Part shown: positions 6,740 through 16,761 of the stretch, one piece after another
Layout of the letters: each line of letters starts with the position of its first letter
Position numbering within the stretch: position 1 is the first letter of the stretch
DNA from: an uncultured virus (IMG/VR IMGVR_UViG_3300021197_001002)
Lineage: Duplodnaviria; Heunggongvirae; Uroviricota; Caudoviricetes
Direction: 5' to 3' (one strand)
Length of the DNA: 64,000 bases
IMG/VR virus record: IMGVR_UViG_3300021197_001002
The notes under the pieces: generated by a model
Database searches by the model: none
What the model saw: only the letters and a program-made list of their open reading frames with translations
Told to the model about the DNA's origin: nothing
Translations under genes and position numbers: made by a program

Positions 6740-8988
6740 TGCCAATGATGGGAAGAGGTTCTGATACACGAATGTATGCACCACGTAGTGAATCAGACAC
6801 TATGTATTCATCTGCTAACGAAGGTGAAACAAAATACAATCCTACATCTCCTCAAGATAAAGACGAGAGGAATGAAAAGAAAAAGTTACGTGCCGAAGAA
6901 AAGAAGGAACGTAGAGACAAGATAAAACATCTCAAAATTCGTGCTTCTCAAGGAATAAAAGGGGAAGAATCTGCTGTAGCAGAAGATGACGGCAACAAAC
7001 AAGACGATGAACGAGAGATGGGACTACAAGGTGGTCCTGCTGGAAGTCGTGGTAATCTTCTCGACCTTGCAACAGGTGCAAAGTCTGGTACAGGTTCAGC
7101 AATGACTGGACCGTTGCCGATTGCAATGAGTGAGCCAATGGATGGTGCTTGGAGTAGTTTGTTGAAAGGTCAAGAGGTAAGTGACTTTATTCAACAACAT
7201 CCAAATATAAAATTTCAAGAACAAACATTATGGGATGATGATATTGCTAATGAAACCGACGATTACGGTACAAGTACTCTTGGTTCAACATCATTTACTG
7301 ACCCTCAATTTGATACCGCCCGTTCAAGAAGAATGAATCCTCAAACTATGGATATACTTCAAAGGTTTGTAGATAGAAGTAAGGCTAAACCTAAGATTAT
7401 TCAACAAGTTCATGGTAATGTAGAAAATCCATATTATGTCCCACCTGATATGGAAAAACCACCATTGAGAACTGCATCTTCTAACCCTCGACTTGAAAAT
7501 CAATATTATTATGATACTGCGGCTGAAAAACAAGGGGATTATGGAGATGAATATTATTCTGATGAGCAATTAAAGGATTTTAATAGGCGATTTAATATTC
7601 AAACAGGTGAGCCAATGGATGGTGCTTGGAGTAGTTTGTTGAAAGCATCCATTGAAGAATTAATTCAAGAACGAGATAGACTTCAAGAATCAGGTCTTAG
7701 TCGAGAAGCAAAACAATTTGACCGTGTAATACAACAAATGATGCGACCTGATAGACAAGAACAACATATTTTAGAAAGTTTAGGTATACCTTCTGCAAAA
7801 TTAATTATGCCTGAACTTGATAATCAATCTTTAAGAGATATTGGACAAGATATGATGCATGAAGGAAAACAAAATCCTGATTACATTGAAATGCAACGTA
7901 GAATGGGTGATTACGACCCTCAAGTACGACAGCAATTTATGAACAATATCAGTAATATGGCACGTCGTATGCCAAAAATTGATGCAAATCGTCAAGAAGC
8001 AGAAGAAAGTCTAAGAAATTTACAAGCGTCTGACCCTACTAAATTCTTTGCAGACCAAGAAATTGCAACAGGTGAACCAATGGTGGATGCTTGGAGTTCA
8101 CTACTCAAGCGTGATACACCGAATAAAATTCAATCACGTCGTCGCCGTGAAAAGCGACAAGAATTTAGACCATCAACTGGTCAATTTAAGCGACCACCCG
8201 GTGGTATGAATCCCGCAGGTTCTACAATGCGAAGATTCCGAGCACGTATGCGTGGTATCAAAGGAAGTAAGAAAACAGGATTGATGAAGCCTCATTTGTC
8301 TGTTGAGATGAGCCACCGTGGTATCGCTACTAAGCAACCTATGTCAAAAGACCCACAAAAGTATCGACAATATATGGGTCAATCGGAGGCTCGTAAAATT
8401 TTAGGAAATGTCCGTTCTTCATTCTCACCTCACGCTCGATACGGTGAGCGTTCAGTTTCAGCAGGACCTACAGGTGCAGGTCGTATTGGTGGGCTATTAG
8501 CGGGTCAATCGGGTCAAATGAATCGCCCATCTCTTCGTCAAATAGGCATCCGACGACCACGAATCCGACGACCACGAAATCCTGTTCAGGCTATGCAAGC
8601 ACCAATGGGTGTTCCAAGTCAACCAATGCAAGCACCTTCAAGCATCAGTTCACTTCCGCAACCTTCTGCACCAATGATGATGAGTGAAGAACGTGCTGAA
8701 AGTGAATTGCTTAAAGGTCGCACTAATTCTTTAACATACCATAAACTCAATCTTCTTCGCCGTTTAATACGAGCACAAGAACGTGCTGAAAAACTTGGTA
8801 AATCAATGCAAGGTACACGTTCAGCAATGGAAAACGGACACATACCAAGTCATCCTGCTGGTGTACACCAACACGAAGATGAAGATGAAAAAAATGATGG
8901 ACCTACACAAAATCTTGAAACAAATTCAAGCCGTTTAGGTCTTGACCCTGCTGGTTACTTAACATCTAAGCGGGGGCATATGGGATGA
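6739..8988 (+). CDS. Low-complexity putative virion/internal protein carrying two repeat-delimited inserted cassettes
   Basis: 749 aa; three (S/TG)EPMx(G/D)AWSSLLK motifs; Arg-rich C-terminal half. Confidence 0.8.
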   Translation: MPMMGRGSDTRMYAPRSESDTMYSSANEGETKYNPTSPQDKDERNEKKKLRAEEKKERRDKIKHLKIRASQGIKGEESAVAEDDGNKQDDEREMGLQGGPAGSRGNLLDLATGAKSGTGSAMTGPLPIAMSEPMDGAWSSLLKGQEVSDFIQQHPNIKFQEQTLWDDDIANETDDYGTSTLGSTSFTDPQFDTARSRRMNPQTMDILQRFVDRSKAKPKIIQQVHGNVENPYYVPPDMEKPPLRTASSNPRLENQYYYDTAAEKQGDYGDEYYSDEQLKDFNRRFNIQTGEPMDGAWSSLLKASIEELIQERDRLQESGLSREAKQFDRVIQQMMRPDRQEQHILESLGIPSAKLIMPELDNQSLRDIGQDMMHEGKQNPDYIEMQRRMGDYDPQVRQQFMNNISNMARRMPKIDANRQEAEESLRNLQASDPTKFFADQEIATGEPMVDAWSSLLKRDTPNKIQSRRRREKRQEFRPSTGQFKRPPGGMNPAGSTMRRFRARMRGIKGSKKTGLMKPHLSVEMSHRGIATKQPMSKDPQKYRQYMGQSEARKILGNVRSSFSPHARYGERSVSAGPTGAGRIGGLLAGQSGQMNRPSLRQIGIRRPRIRRPRNPVQAMQAPMGVPSQPMQAPSSISSLPQPSAPMMMSEERAESELLKGRTNSLTYHKLNLLRRLIRAQERAEKLGKSMQGTRSAMENGHIPSHPAGVHQHEDEDEKNDGPTQNLETNSSRLGLDPAGYLTSKRGHMG
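7130..8109 (+). repeat. In-frame direct repeats: exact 39-nt GTGAGCCAATGGATGGTGCTTGGAGTAGTTTGTTGAAAG at 7130-7168 and 7607-7645; diverged third copy at 8068-8109
   Basis: Read directly; spacings are 477 and 465 nt, both multiples of 3. Confidence 0.95.
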
Positions 8989-11177
8989 TACGGATTCAAC
9001 CTCCACGTTTGCTCAAAGCATGGAGTATGATTGCTCATCCACCAGAAGGTCCTGTAGCGTTTCGCAACCCCCCTCCACACACTTTTCGCCCTGCACAAGA
9101 ACCCGATATTCCTGCATTTGCACACAATGGTCGTGGAGACATTGTACCCGGTGAGTTTGATTCAAGTCAAGGACCATTGGCTTACAAAACAGAACATGGA
9201 AATTTCTATCATGGTATAGATTCATTGGCTGTTTCTCTTGCTAATTTTTTTAAGATGCATGGAAAAGATGTAGACCCTATTGCGGTTATCAATAAAGCAA
9301 TTGAAAATTTTAATAATTCTCATTCTCATGGACAACATCACGAATTGCCACCATTTGACAATATGGCATGGAGAAAAATTCGTGCAAATACTTTACCTCA
9401 AGGTACTACTGCAAAAGATGCAGAAGGGAATGAGCAGACAAATAGGCAAAGTCGTACACATAATCGAACACTCATTACTGCATTAACAAATAAAAATGCT
9501 GACCAAACTCCTTTTGGTCGATTCATAGAATCATATTACATTCCATTTAATCAAAACTTATTCCATATTTTACAAGACATGGGATTTGAGGACAGACAAA
9601 TAAAAGGCTCACTAAAATCAGGAGTTACCTATCCTTATGTCTATTCTAATCACACAGCACCCGAAGGTTGGGTATACTCAAACAAGGGCGAACATCCTGA
9701 AACATATACAAGTGATATGATGGGACGTGCAAAACCCGGCTATTTCCCTGACCAAGAATCTGTACACACATGGTCTACGGTACATCATCTTCCTGATGTT
9801 TTCTTTTATCCATCTCAAAAGAATGAAAATAAAGACATCATGAGTGGTGGAGGCGCACCAACAAAACTTGTAGCGGCGGCTCACGCCATGATTGACCAAG
9901 CGATAGAACAAGGGGGAATGGAATCTATTCCTGATGTTCCTGTTACGCTTAACACGGGAACTCTTGGCGCACCCAATATGATTCAACGACCACTTCATGA
10001 AATTCTTAGTAACAAAGACCTCAAGGAAGCACTCGTCAAAGACATGGCTCACGTTCCTGCTATGATGTATTTGTTTGGCCGCAGTTATCAAGGTAATTTC
10101 AAAAAGTTATACAACCACATGATGGATAAATACGGTGGTGGAGAAGAAGCACTTTCTGTAGAAGAACACGGTAAGTACCTTACTGGTGGAGAAAAAGGTG
10201 GTCAAGGGTTGCATAAAAATGCGGCTCGACTACTTGCATTGGCTCGTGCATCAGGAGAAGGAAGTGAAGAAGGTCGAAGTAAAATGGGAGAACATGGTGT
10301 TTCTGCTGATGAACTGGAAGCCGCAAATTTACCATATAGTGAACAACGACTCGGACAAGTTGATAGATTCCGTAACGTTATCGAAGCATTAGCAAATCAC
10401 CAAGCAGAAGCAAGAGGGCATCCTGTACAAATGGGATTGGGAGATATACCTTCATCCCCTATGCCTTCACAAATGATTCACGGTTATCCACAACAGGATG
10501 AAACAGGAGAATACCCTGAACCTATTTTGGATGACCATATGCAAGCATATCTTCACAGCATAGAAGATTTTGCACCTAACGGCCAACAAATGAGTGAAGG
10601 CCAACCATCATTGTCTCAACCGAAGGAAACAGCGCAGACCTTACCTCCTGCGGCTACTCATGTTCCTGTTCGTTCAACACCTTCGGTTGAGACACCCCCT
10701 GTAGAGGCTGAACGACCAGTTGTATCACCGAGATTCCAAGATGTACGACATCAAATATCTGACTTTTCACCATCACAGTTTCGTGAAATGTTGCAGATTG
10801 CAGGGGCATCACGCCCACAACCAATCACCGATGCACCATTGAGCGAGTTGGAAGCAAGGTCACAGCAAGCCTTATCAGACCCACGCCAACGTCTGCTAAC
10901 TGATTACATGAAGTCCGAGGACGCACACCTGCCACTTATGGATAAACTCATGAAGGCTCTTGAGCGTATGCAGTACCACGAAGCGCAGATGGATAGCGAC
11001 GTTGTACCTCATCTGACAAACACATTAAATTCACCATTAAACTTAGCAAAGTATGTTGGTCTTACCAGTAGCGAAGTTAATGCAATAAACCACACAATGG
11101 GCGATTGGTATGATATTGCAAAATCATACAATGTAGAACCTAAAGTTGTAAAAGTAATTAAAATGAATTTGAGATGA
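8985..11177 (+). CDS. Hypothetical protein (730 aa), probable head-associated protein
   Basis: Long ORF with ATGA coupling; begins ...RLLKAW; no recognisable enzyme motif. Confidence 0.8.
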   Translation: MIRIQPPRLLKAWSMIAHPPEGPVAFRNPPPHTFRPAQEPDIPAFAHNGRGDIVPGEFDSSQGPLAYKTEHGNFYHGIDSLAVSLANFFKMHGKDVDPIAVINKAIENFNNSHSHGQHHELPPFDNMAWRKIRANTLPQGTTAKDAEGNEQTNRQSRTHNRTLITALTNKNADQTPFGRFIESYYIPFNQNLFHILQDMGFEDRQIKGSLKSGVTYPYVYSNHTAPEGWVYSNKGEHPETYTSDMMGRAKPGYFPDQESVHTWSTVHHLPDVFFYPSQKNENKDIMSGGGAPTKLVAAAHAMIDQAIEQGGMESIPDVPVTLNTGTLGAPNMIQRPLHEILSNKDLKEALVKDMAHVPAMMYLFGRSYQGNFKKLYNHMMDKYGGGEEALSVEEHGKYLTGGEKGGQGLHKNAARLLALARASGEGSEEGRSKMGEHGVSADELEAANLPYSEQRLGQVDRFRNVIEALANHQAEARGHPVQMGLGDIPSSPMPSQMIHGYPQQDETGEYPEPILDDHMQAYLHSIEDFAPNGQQMSEGQPSLSQPKETAQTLPPAATHVPVRSTPSVETPPVEAERPVVSPRFQDVRHQISDFSPSQFREMLQIAGASRPQPITDAPLSELEARSQQALSDPRQRLLTDYMKSEDAHLPLMDKLMKALERMQYHEAQMDSDVVPHLTNTLNSPLNLAKYVGLTSSEVNAINHTMGDWYDIAKSYNVEPKVVKVIKMNLR

Positions 11178-11181
11178 TACT

Positions 11182-12096
11182 ATGAGCAAGCCAGTTTTAG
11201 TAATTAAAAAATCAGGAGGATTACAAACCCTTCAAACAGTAGGTGCTGGTGCAAGACCTTCTATTATGGATTTAGGGAGAACTGCATTTGGTGCAGGAAG
11301 TGGAAAATTATCTCGTGCGGGTGCGCTTCTTGGTTTAGGATTAAAAGGGGCGGCGGCGACTGGTGCGGTGGTTAATACAGCAAAGCGAATGCAAAGTGGC
11401 GATTTTACTGCACCATTACAAGCAGGACAAGCATATGAAAGTCTTGACCCAACATCATTTCTTTCTGGAACTACTCAAGCAGGATTGGAGAATCAACAAA
11501 AATTTCAAAGTCAACAAAACCGCAATAATATGCCTCAAAGTACTCATGCTGAAAGAATGGGAGGGTATACAGCAGGTTCTAAACCCAATCAAGTAGGAGT
11601 AAGAGCAAAGGGTCCTGCTAATGTAAGAGTACCACTTCCCCATGAACCAAAAAAGGCAAGACCTTCGTTTATGCCTCCTTTACCTTTACCTACACCTCCA
11701 CAAAATAATCCTTTTAATCCTCAACAACCACTCGATACATCTATTTTTAATCAACCTATAGCACCTATACCACCAATGTCGCAACAACCTGTACAGCAAC
11801 CTGTACAGCAACCTGTACAGCAACCTGTACAGCAACCTGTACAGCAACCTGTACAGCAAACCGGTGAACTTTTACGTAATAGACTTCATACCGACGGACA
11901 AAATAAAGGTATAGAAGGGGCAACACCAACTCAAGTAGGTCAACTTTATAGAAACGAATTAAATCCTAATAATCCTCATGTTGTTAAATCGTACATCAAG
12001 AAACTCTATGACGAGTTTGGTGGGTATTTGTACAAAATGACCCCTCATGAAGCGGGTCAATTCGCAGTTTATACAATGTTTACACTAAGGAAGTGA
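11182..12096 (+). CDS. Low-complexity G/A- and Q/P-rich hypothetical protein
   Basis: 304-aa ORF containing a QQPV tandem array. Confidence 0.75.
   Translation: MSKPVLVIKKSGGLQTLQTVGAGARPSIMDLGRTAFGAGSGKLSRAGALLGLGLKGAAATGAVVNTAKRMQSGDFTAPLQAGQAYESLDPTSFLSGTTQAGLENQQKFQSQQNRNNMPQSTHAERMGGYTAGSKPNQVGVRAKGPANVRVPLPHEPKKARPSFMPPLPLPTPPQNNPFNPQQPLDTSIFNQPIAPIPPMSQQPVQQPVQQPVQQPVQQPVQQPVQQTGELLRNRLHTDGQNKGIEGATPTQVGQLYRNELNPNNPHVVKSYIKKLYDEFGGYLYKMTPHEAGQFAVYTMFTLRK
11785..11856 (+). repeat. Tandem repeat (CAACCTGTACAG) x6, coding QPVQ
   Basis: Six perfect 12-nt copies read directly. Confidence 0.95.
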
Positions 12097-12112
12097 TGAA
12101 ATAGACATTCCA

Positions 12113-13594
12113 ATGGAGGGCGACATCAATGAATTTATCCACGATATGGATAAACAGATGTCTGCAAAGTCTTTTCGATACTTCTTTGAGGACATATTAG
12201 GATTTGATTATTCGCACCACCATGAAAGTTGGGACAAAGGGTTAGCAGAAAACAAATATTACTGCGTCAAAGCGAGTCGTGACCACGGTAAGTCTGTTTT
12301 CTTTATGTCCTATGCTTTATGGATAGCGGCATTTAAGCCCGGTACACACGTCATGATTTTCTCTCACTCTTTGGAACAGACATTGGAACACATGAGATTT
12401 ATTCGTAATAACATCGAATCCACACCAATCCTTCGTGAACTTATTCCAGAAGGAAGGCCGTGGAGAAAAACCTACTTTGAGTTTGAAAACGGAAGCCGAA
12501 TGATGGCTAAGTCCGTTGGTGGTGGTACTCGTGGTTTCCACCCTCACGTTGTAGTATGCGACGATATTCTATGGGGTACAACAGGTACAGAATTACAGCG
12601 AGCCGCTGATTGGTTCTATGGTGTTCTCCTTCCTGTTCTGCACCACACAGGTCGTATGATGATTGTCGGTACGCCGTTTTCATACAACGATTTGTACGCT
12701 GAATTAGAACAAAGAGATGCCTTTACTGTCGAGACATATCCTGCAATAGATGCCGCTGGAGAAGCCCTTTGGCCTGAACGATGGAATCTTGAATCACTTG
12801 ACCAACGTAGACTTTCAATGCCAGCGATACAATTTTCTCGTGAATATCTGTGTGAGCCGATTCACGACGTTGCGAGTATGTTTCCTAACGATATTCTCGA
12901 CAAAGCCCGTGATAAAGACCTTGTATTGCTCGACAGGGCTGATACTGAATTTGATGAAAACGGTAATCCCGCAGGTGTATTCGGTCAACACTTCATAGGA
13001 TGGGACACAGCAATTGCTTCGGATAAGAACGCTGACTACACAGCAATGGTTGTTATGCGTACTTTACCTGATGACCATACCAAACAAATTGTCGGAGTTG
13101 TGCATGAGAAAGGATTAGGCGGTGCGGCTCAAAAGAAACATATTTTGATGCTTAACAATCGGTTTCAACCTGATTTGATTGAACTTGAAGGCAACAACTT
13201 TCAGCGTATGTTCGCCGCTGAACTGCAAGATATGCGTAGCGATATACCGATTAAAACGTTCATGACCACTCGACAAAGAAAGGAAAGTATGTTCATGTCT
13301 TTACTTATGGCATTTGAACAAGGACAGATTAGAACACCGTATGGTGATGAACGAAGTCGTACTTTCACACATAAATTAGAACAAGAACTAAACCGATTTG
13401 GAATGCAAAAGAATGGTAAGTTGGAATCTGTAGGTACTCACGATGACTTGGCAATGGCTTTGGCTTTGGCTAATTGGGGTACAAAAGAGTTCAAGGGAAG
13501 CATTGTTTCACTCGATGATTACATGCCCGGATTTGGTGATTGGCTTGACAATACTGTTGGTGGTAAGAACACAGGTGGGTGGGTTATACCATGA
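12113..13594 (+). CDS. terL: Terminase large subunit
   Basis: Walker A ASRDHGKS, Walker B VVVCDD, motif III VGTP, RNase H-fold nuclease IGWDTA...LEGN...HDDLAMALALA. Confidence 0.95.
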   Translation: MEGDINEFIHDMDKQMSAKSFRYFFEDILGFDYSHHHESWDKGLAENKYYCVKASRDHGKSVFFMSYALWIAAFKPGTHVMIFSHSLEQTLEHMRFIRNNIESTPILRELIPEGRPWRKTYFEFENGSRMMAKSVGGGTRGFHPHVVVCDDILWGTTGTELQRAADWFYGVLLPVLHHTGRMMIVGTPFSYNDLYAELEQRDAFTVETYPAIDAAGEALWPERWNLESLDQRRLSMPAIQFSREYLCEPIHDVASMFPNDILDKARDKDLVLLDRADTEFDENGNPAGVFGQHFIGWDTAIASDKNADYTAMVVMRTLPDDHTKQIVGVVHEKGLGGAAQKKHILMLNNRFQPDLIELEGNNFQRMFAAELQDMRSDIPIKTFMTTRQRKESMFMSLLMAFEQGQIRTPYGDERSRTFTHKLEQELNRFGMQKNGKLESVGTHDDLAMALALANWGTKEFKGSIVSLDDYMPGFGDWLDNTVGGKNTGGWVIP

Positions 13595-14529
13595 GTTACT
13601 CGTTTGATATTTGTTGGTCTTTCTTGAAAAGTTATCGTGCTCGCAAACTTGGTTTAATGCAAGATGGTCGGAAAGAGCAACTCAATACACAAAGGACGAT
13701 GGGTAACTTAAACGACCCCAACGCCGAGCCTAAAGATAAGTCTCCCAAACTTGCTGATGATGCTGATGCTAATGTTACTGTCGCCTCGTTAAGAAATCTT
13801 CGTGCAAAACATGGCGACCCATACGCTGGTATGACTCAAGAACAGGCTGATGAATACAATCGTTTGCTTGCGGAAAATAGACAGTTTGAAGAAGCGAGTC
13901 AACCTGAACCTGAACCAGTTTTAGATGATGTTGACCCTTACGCACAAATTTTTGAAGATATGAAAAGAAAGGCTTTCTTGAAAGGTGAATTAATTCATCC
14001 AAGTGCTATGGGATATTTTGCCCGTAGTCGTTTGTTAGGTGAGGATGATGAAGGTAGAATGGGAACTTCATATAAAATTGATGACCTTGCTGACCCACCA
14101 ATGGACATAGAATATAATCGACCAACACCCTATCCTTCTAAAGTACCAAATAAAAAATATCCTGAATTTTCAAGAACTGATGCAAATAATCGAGCATCTA
14201 AACTCACCGCCGCAGAAAATCAAGGACATGAAAACTGGGCTAATTTTACATTAAATCAAAGAGATAAAAGACACGATGATATGATGCAAATACCTCAAGA
14301 AGATGTTGATGCATTTATTGAGCGTCTTTCAAATCCTGAAATGCATCAAAGTGAATTTTTTGATAAACCACACATGAGTGGTAAAGATGAAAGACGACAT
14401 GATGCTATGGATAAGGTACTTGTAAAACGTCCAAGTGCATATCCTCCATATATGAGATATGCAAATGAAGATGGTACTCAACGTTCCATAGAATTACCAC
14501 AAGATTATTACCAAGAGGTAAGAGGATGA
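13591..14529 (+). CDS. Acidic hypothetical protein with N-terminal FDICWSFLK tag
   Basis: ATGA overlap with the terL stop places the start at 13591. Confidence 0.75.
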   Translation: MSYSFDICWSFLKSYRARKLGLMQDGRKEQLNTQRTMGNLNDPNAEPKDKSPKLADDADANVTVASLRNLRAKHGDPYAGMTQEQADEYNRLLAENRQFEEASQPEPEPVLDDVDPYAQIFEDMKRKAFLKGELIHPSAMGYFARSRLLGEDDEGRMGTSYKIDDLADPPMDIEYNRPTPYPSKVPNKKYPEFSRTDANNRASKLTAAENQGHENWANFTLNQRDKRHDDMMQIPQEDVDAFIERLSNPEMHQSEFFDKPHMSGKDERRHDAMDKVLVKRPSAYPPYMRYANEDGTQRSIELPQDYYQEVRG

Positions 14530-14542
14530 TTGGGGTTTTTAA

Positions 14543-14689
14543 ATGAACGATAATATTTTAGCATTAGGGAATCATAATTTTTTATATCATACGTGTTGCT
14601 TTATAGCAAAATTAGATGGCGTTGAAAAACCATTTGGTTTTTGTGAAAAATGCTGGATAAAACATGGAAAACCGGAGGGCATGAAATGA
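14543..14689 (+). CDS. Small Cys-containing protein, 48 aa (MNDNILALG...CCF...FCEKCWIKHGKPEGMK); not in ORF track
   Basis: Open frame; ATGA overlap with the next gene. Confidence 0.5.
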   Translation: MNDNILALGNHNFLYHTCCFIAKLDGVEKPFGFCEKCWIKHGKPEGMK

Positions 14690-14871
14690 CTTGTGAATGT
14701 GGACATTGTGTAGGAATGGGTACTGCTTGGGATTTTCTTGAAAAGAAATTATGCCCTGCTGGAAAAGCGGCGGCTAAGAAAAAATTCGATGTTTATCCAT
14801 CTGCTTATGCTAACGGATGGGCGGTGCAATACTGCAAAGGAAAGTTCAAGAAAAAGGGGAAGAAGAAATGA
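14686..14871 (+). CDS. Small basic protein (KKKFDVYPSAYANGW motif; DUF5872-like)
   Basis: GGAGG RBS; CxCxxC then AWDFLEK; Lys-rich. Confidence 0.65.
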   Translation: MTCECGHCVGMGTAWDFLEKKLCPAGKAAAKKKFDVYPSAYANGWAVQYCKGKFKKKGKKK

Positions 14872-15029
14872 AACTTAAGAAACCTTCTTGCTGTTGTGGT
14901 GGTACAAAGAAAACACCATGCGTCTGCATGATTGAGGGTAACCAATGCTCGGCTTCATCCCCAAAATGTCCTTGCTATGCTCTTATTGACAAACAAAAAA
15001 ACATCAAGAAAATGGTCGGTGTGTACTGA
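14868..15029 (+). CDS. Small Cys-rich (metallothionein-like) protein
   Basis: SCCCGG...CVC...QC....KCPC; ATGA coupling sets the start at 14868. Confidence 0.6.
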   Translation: MKLKKPSCCCGGTKKTPCVCMIEGNQCSASSPKCPCYALIDKQKNIKKMVGVY

Positions 15030-15434
15030 ATGACTCGATGTACTTGCCATGATACACTTGTTATCAAGAACTTGAATCGTTGGTTCAAAGAAAAATGGGT
15101 TGATGTTAGTCGTAAAGACAAAGACGGTAAGCATCCTCCTTGTGGAAGAAGTAAAGCAAGTAAATCAAGCAAAGGTTACCCAAAGTGTAGACCAAGTGTG
15201 AAAGTTTCAAGTAAAACTCCAAAGACAAGTGGCTCTATGAGTAGCGGTCAAAAACAAGCGGCTACAAAACGCAAGCGAGCAAAAAAGCAAGGCGTTGGTG
15301 GCAAACCTACGGTGGTGAAAGCAATGAAAGATAAAAAAGACATGAAAGACATGAAAGGAAAAAAAGGCATGGTGATGGTAATTGCCATTGGTGCTAAACC
15401 AAAGAAAGTCGGCGTTAAAAAGAAAAAGGACTAA
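15030..15434 (+). CDS. Very basic viral protein (LxRWFKEKWVDV...YPKCRP motif)
   Basis: Motif familiar from small basic proteins of large DNA viruses; K/R-rich. Confidence 0.7.
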   Translation: MTRCTCHDTLVIKNLNRWFKEKWVDVSRKDKDGKHPPCGRSKASKSSKGYPKCRPSVKVSSKTPKTSGSMSSGQKQAATKRKRAKKQGVGGKPTVVKAMKDKKDMKDMKGKKGMVMVIAIGAKPKKVGVKKKKD

Positions 15435-15459
15435 ATGATTGGTCAACGGAGAGGTCAAT

Positions 15460-16761
15460 ATGTGGGGGAGTGCATTTGTCGGGGATGAGTATGATTTCCC
15501 CGTTTTAGGAAACGATGAGTTTTCTAATTTACTTGTTAAAAGTATATCACAGCATCCACAATTTCAATATGATAATTTACCTATTGAACCAGTAAGTTCA
15601 TCTTTAGTTGTTAAAGAGGAATTAAAATCATATTCATTTGCTAAGAATGGAGATGGTTGGCTCGAATCCACATGGGGAAAGAGTGCTGACCAAATTATAC
15701 GTGAATGTCGTAAAGCCCGTAGAAATGATAAAACCAATAGAGACATGTACGATTCTATGATTAAAGACGTTAGAACATTAAAGTCGATGGAAGTGGAAGC
15801 CACTATTACCAATTTGTCTTGGTCTGATGGTCTTTCTGATGTTATCAAAAATATGGGTATAAACGATAAAGCGTTAAAATCACTACGAAAGTTTGGAGAA
15901 TCACGTTCTGTTAGTTTACAAAAAGCCTGTCAATTATTTTTGAAAGCAAATACTGTATTGAATATGCTCAATGAGAAAATTGACTGGTCTGTTGATGACC
16001 AATTAGAATGGGTCAATGCAAATCAATTACAAAAAGACGCAAGAAAAATGTGGAGAAATGTATTGAAGCAAGCAGAAAAATTACCTGTTAATGATGTAAA
16101 GGCATTAGAATTTGCATCTGATGTATTGGAAAAGGAAGGTCCTTTACAATCTCGTGAACTCGTAAGACGTGGACTCGGTACATTGGAAAAGAATATCACA
16201 CCACAAAAAATGGCATCTTTACTCAAGACGTATGGCGAAGAGTTTGATATTTACAAAGCCCCGTCGAGAGGGAATTACATTAAAATTGGTACGCATGGGT
16301 TAATTATCAAAGACATATGGGGGTACATGGCGGGTTCACTTGATTCGGATGGAAGCATCTTTATTTCCCAACGTGGCGACCCTCGTGTAACCTTTGTTGC
16401 AAGTGGAAATATGGGTAAGCAGTTGTGTGAAGATTTACAAAAGGCTGTTGGCTGTGGTCGATTAGTTACTGACCAAACAGTAGCAAAGAATACACAAAAA
16501 ACAATTCATCGGCTCATATTTGCATCAAAAGACGATATTCGCCATGTACTCAAACATTCTATGCCTCATATGCGTCTAAAAGACTTGCAAGCAAAGGCTA
16601 TGCTTGCTTATGTAGATGAAAAAGATAAGATGAGAAAGACTGAATTATATCAGTTAGTTACATTTAGTAATTGGAAAGACCATAAAAACAAAGCCGACTC
16701 TCTCTTGAACAAGTGGGGCGTTGATGCTGACACTATAGGCGCATTTGCGGAGGGATTGTAA
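15460..16761 (+). CDS. Protein with C-terminal LAGLIDADG endonuclease-like domain
   Basis: WGYMAGSLDSDGSIFI motif followed by the typical beta-strands and L...MPHMRLK; long helical/wHTH-like N-terminal region; GAGG RBS before ATG 15460. Confidence 0.8.
   Translation: MWGSAFVGDEYDFPVLGNDEFSNLLVKSISQHPQFQYDNLPIEPVSSSLVVKEELKSYSFAKNGDGWLESTWGKSADQIIRECRKARRNDKTNRDMYDSMIKDVRTLKSMEVEATITNLSWSDGLSDVIKNMGINDKALKSLRKFGESRSVSLQKACQLFLKANTVLNMLNEKIDWSVDDQLEWVNANQLQKDARKMWRNVLKQAEKLPVNDVKALEFASDVLEKEGPLQSRELVRRGLGTLEKNITPQKMASLLKTYGEEFDIYKAPSRGNYIKIGTHGLIIKDIWGYMAGSLDSDGSIFISQRGDPRVTFVASGNMGKQLCEDLQKAVGCGRLVTDQTVAKNTQKTIHRLIFASKDDIRHVLKHSMPHMRLKDLQAKAMLAYVDEKDKMRKTELYQLVTFSNWKDHKNKADSLLNKWGVDADTIGAFAEGL

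Noticed and set aside
7130..8109. Direct repeats as a CRISPR or mini-CRISPR array
   Set aside because: The intervening segments are over 400 nt, in frame and protein-coding; no cas genes; the repeats are not palindromic.
11785..11856. 12-nt tandem repeat as a phase-variation switch
   Set aside because: The unit is a multiple of 3, so copy changes only alter linker length.
12094..12115. Mini-ORF ATG-AAA-TAG or alternative ATA start upstream of terL
   Set aside because: Could be chance; a normal in-frame ATG exists at 12113 and there is no further support.
15460..16761. LAGLIDADG domain as part of an intein or group I intron
   Set aside because: No C/S...HN splice motifs, and the flanking terL and portal genes are intact.
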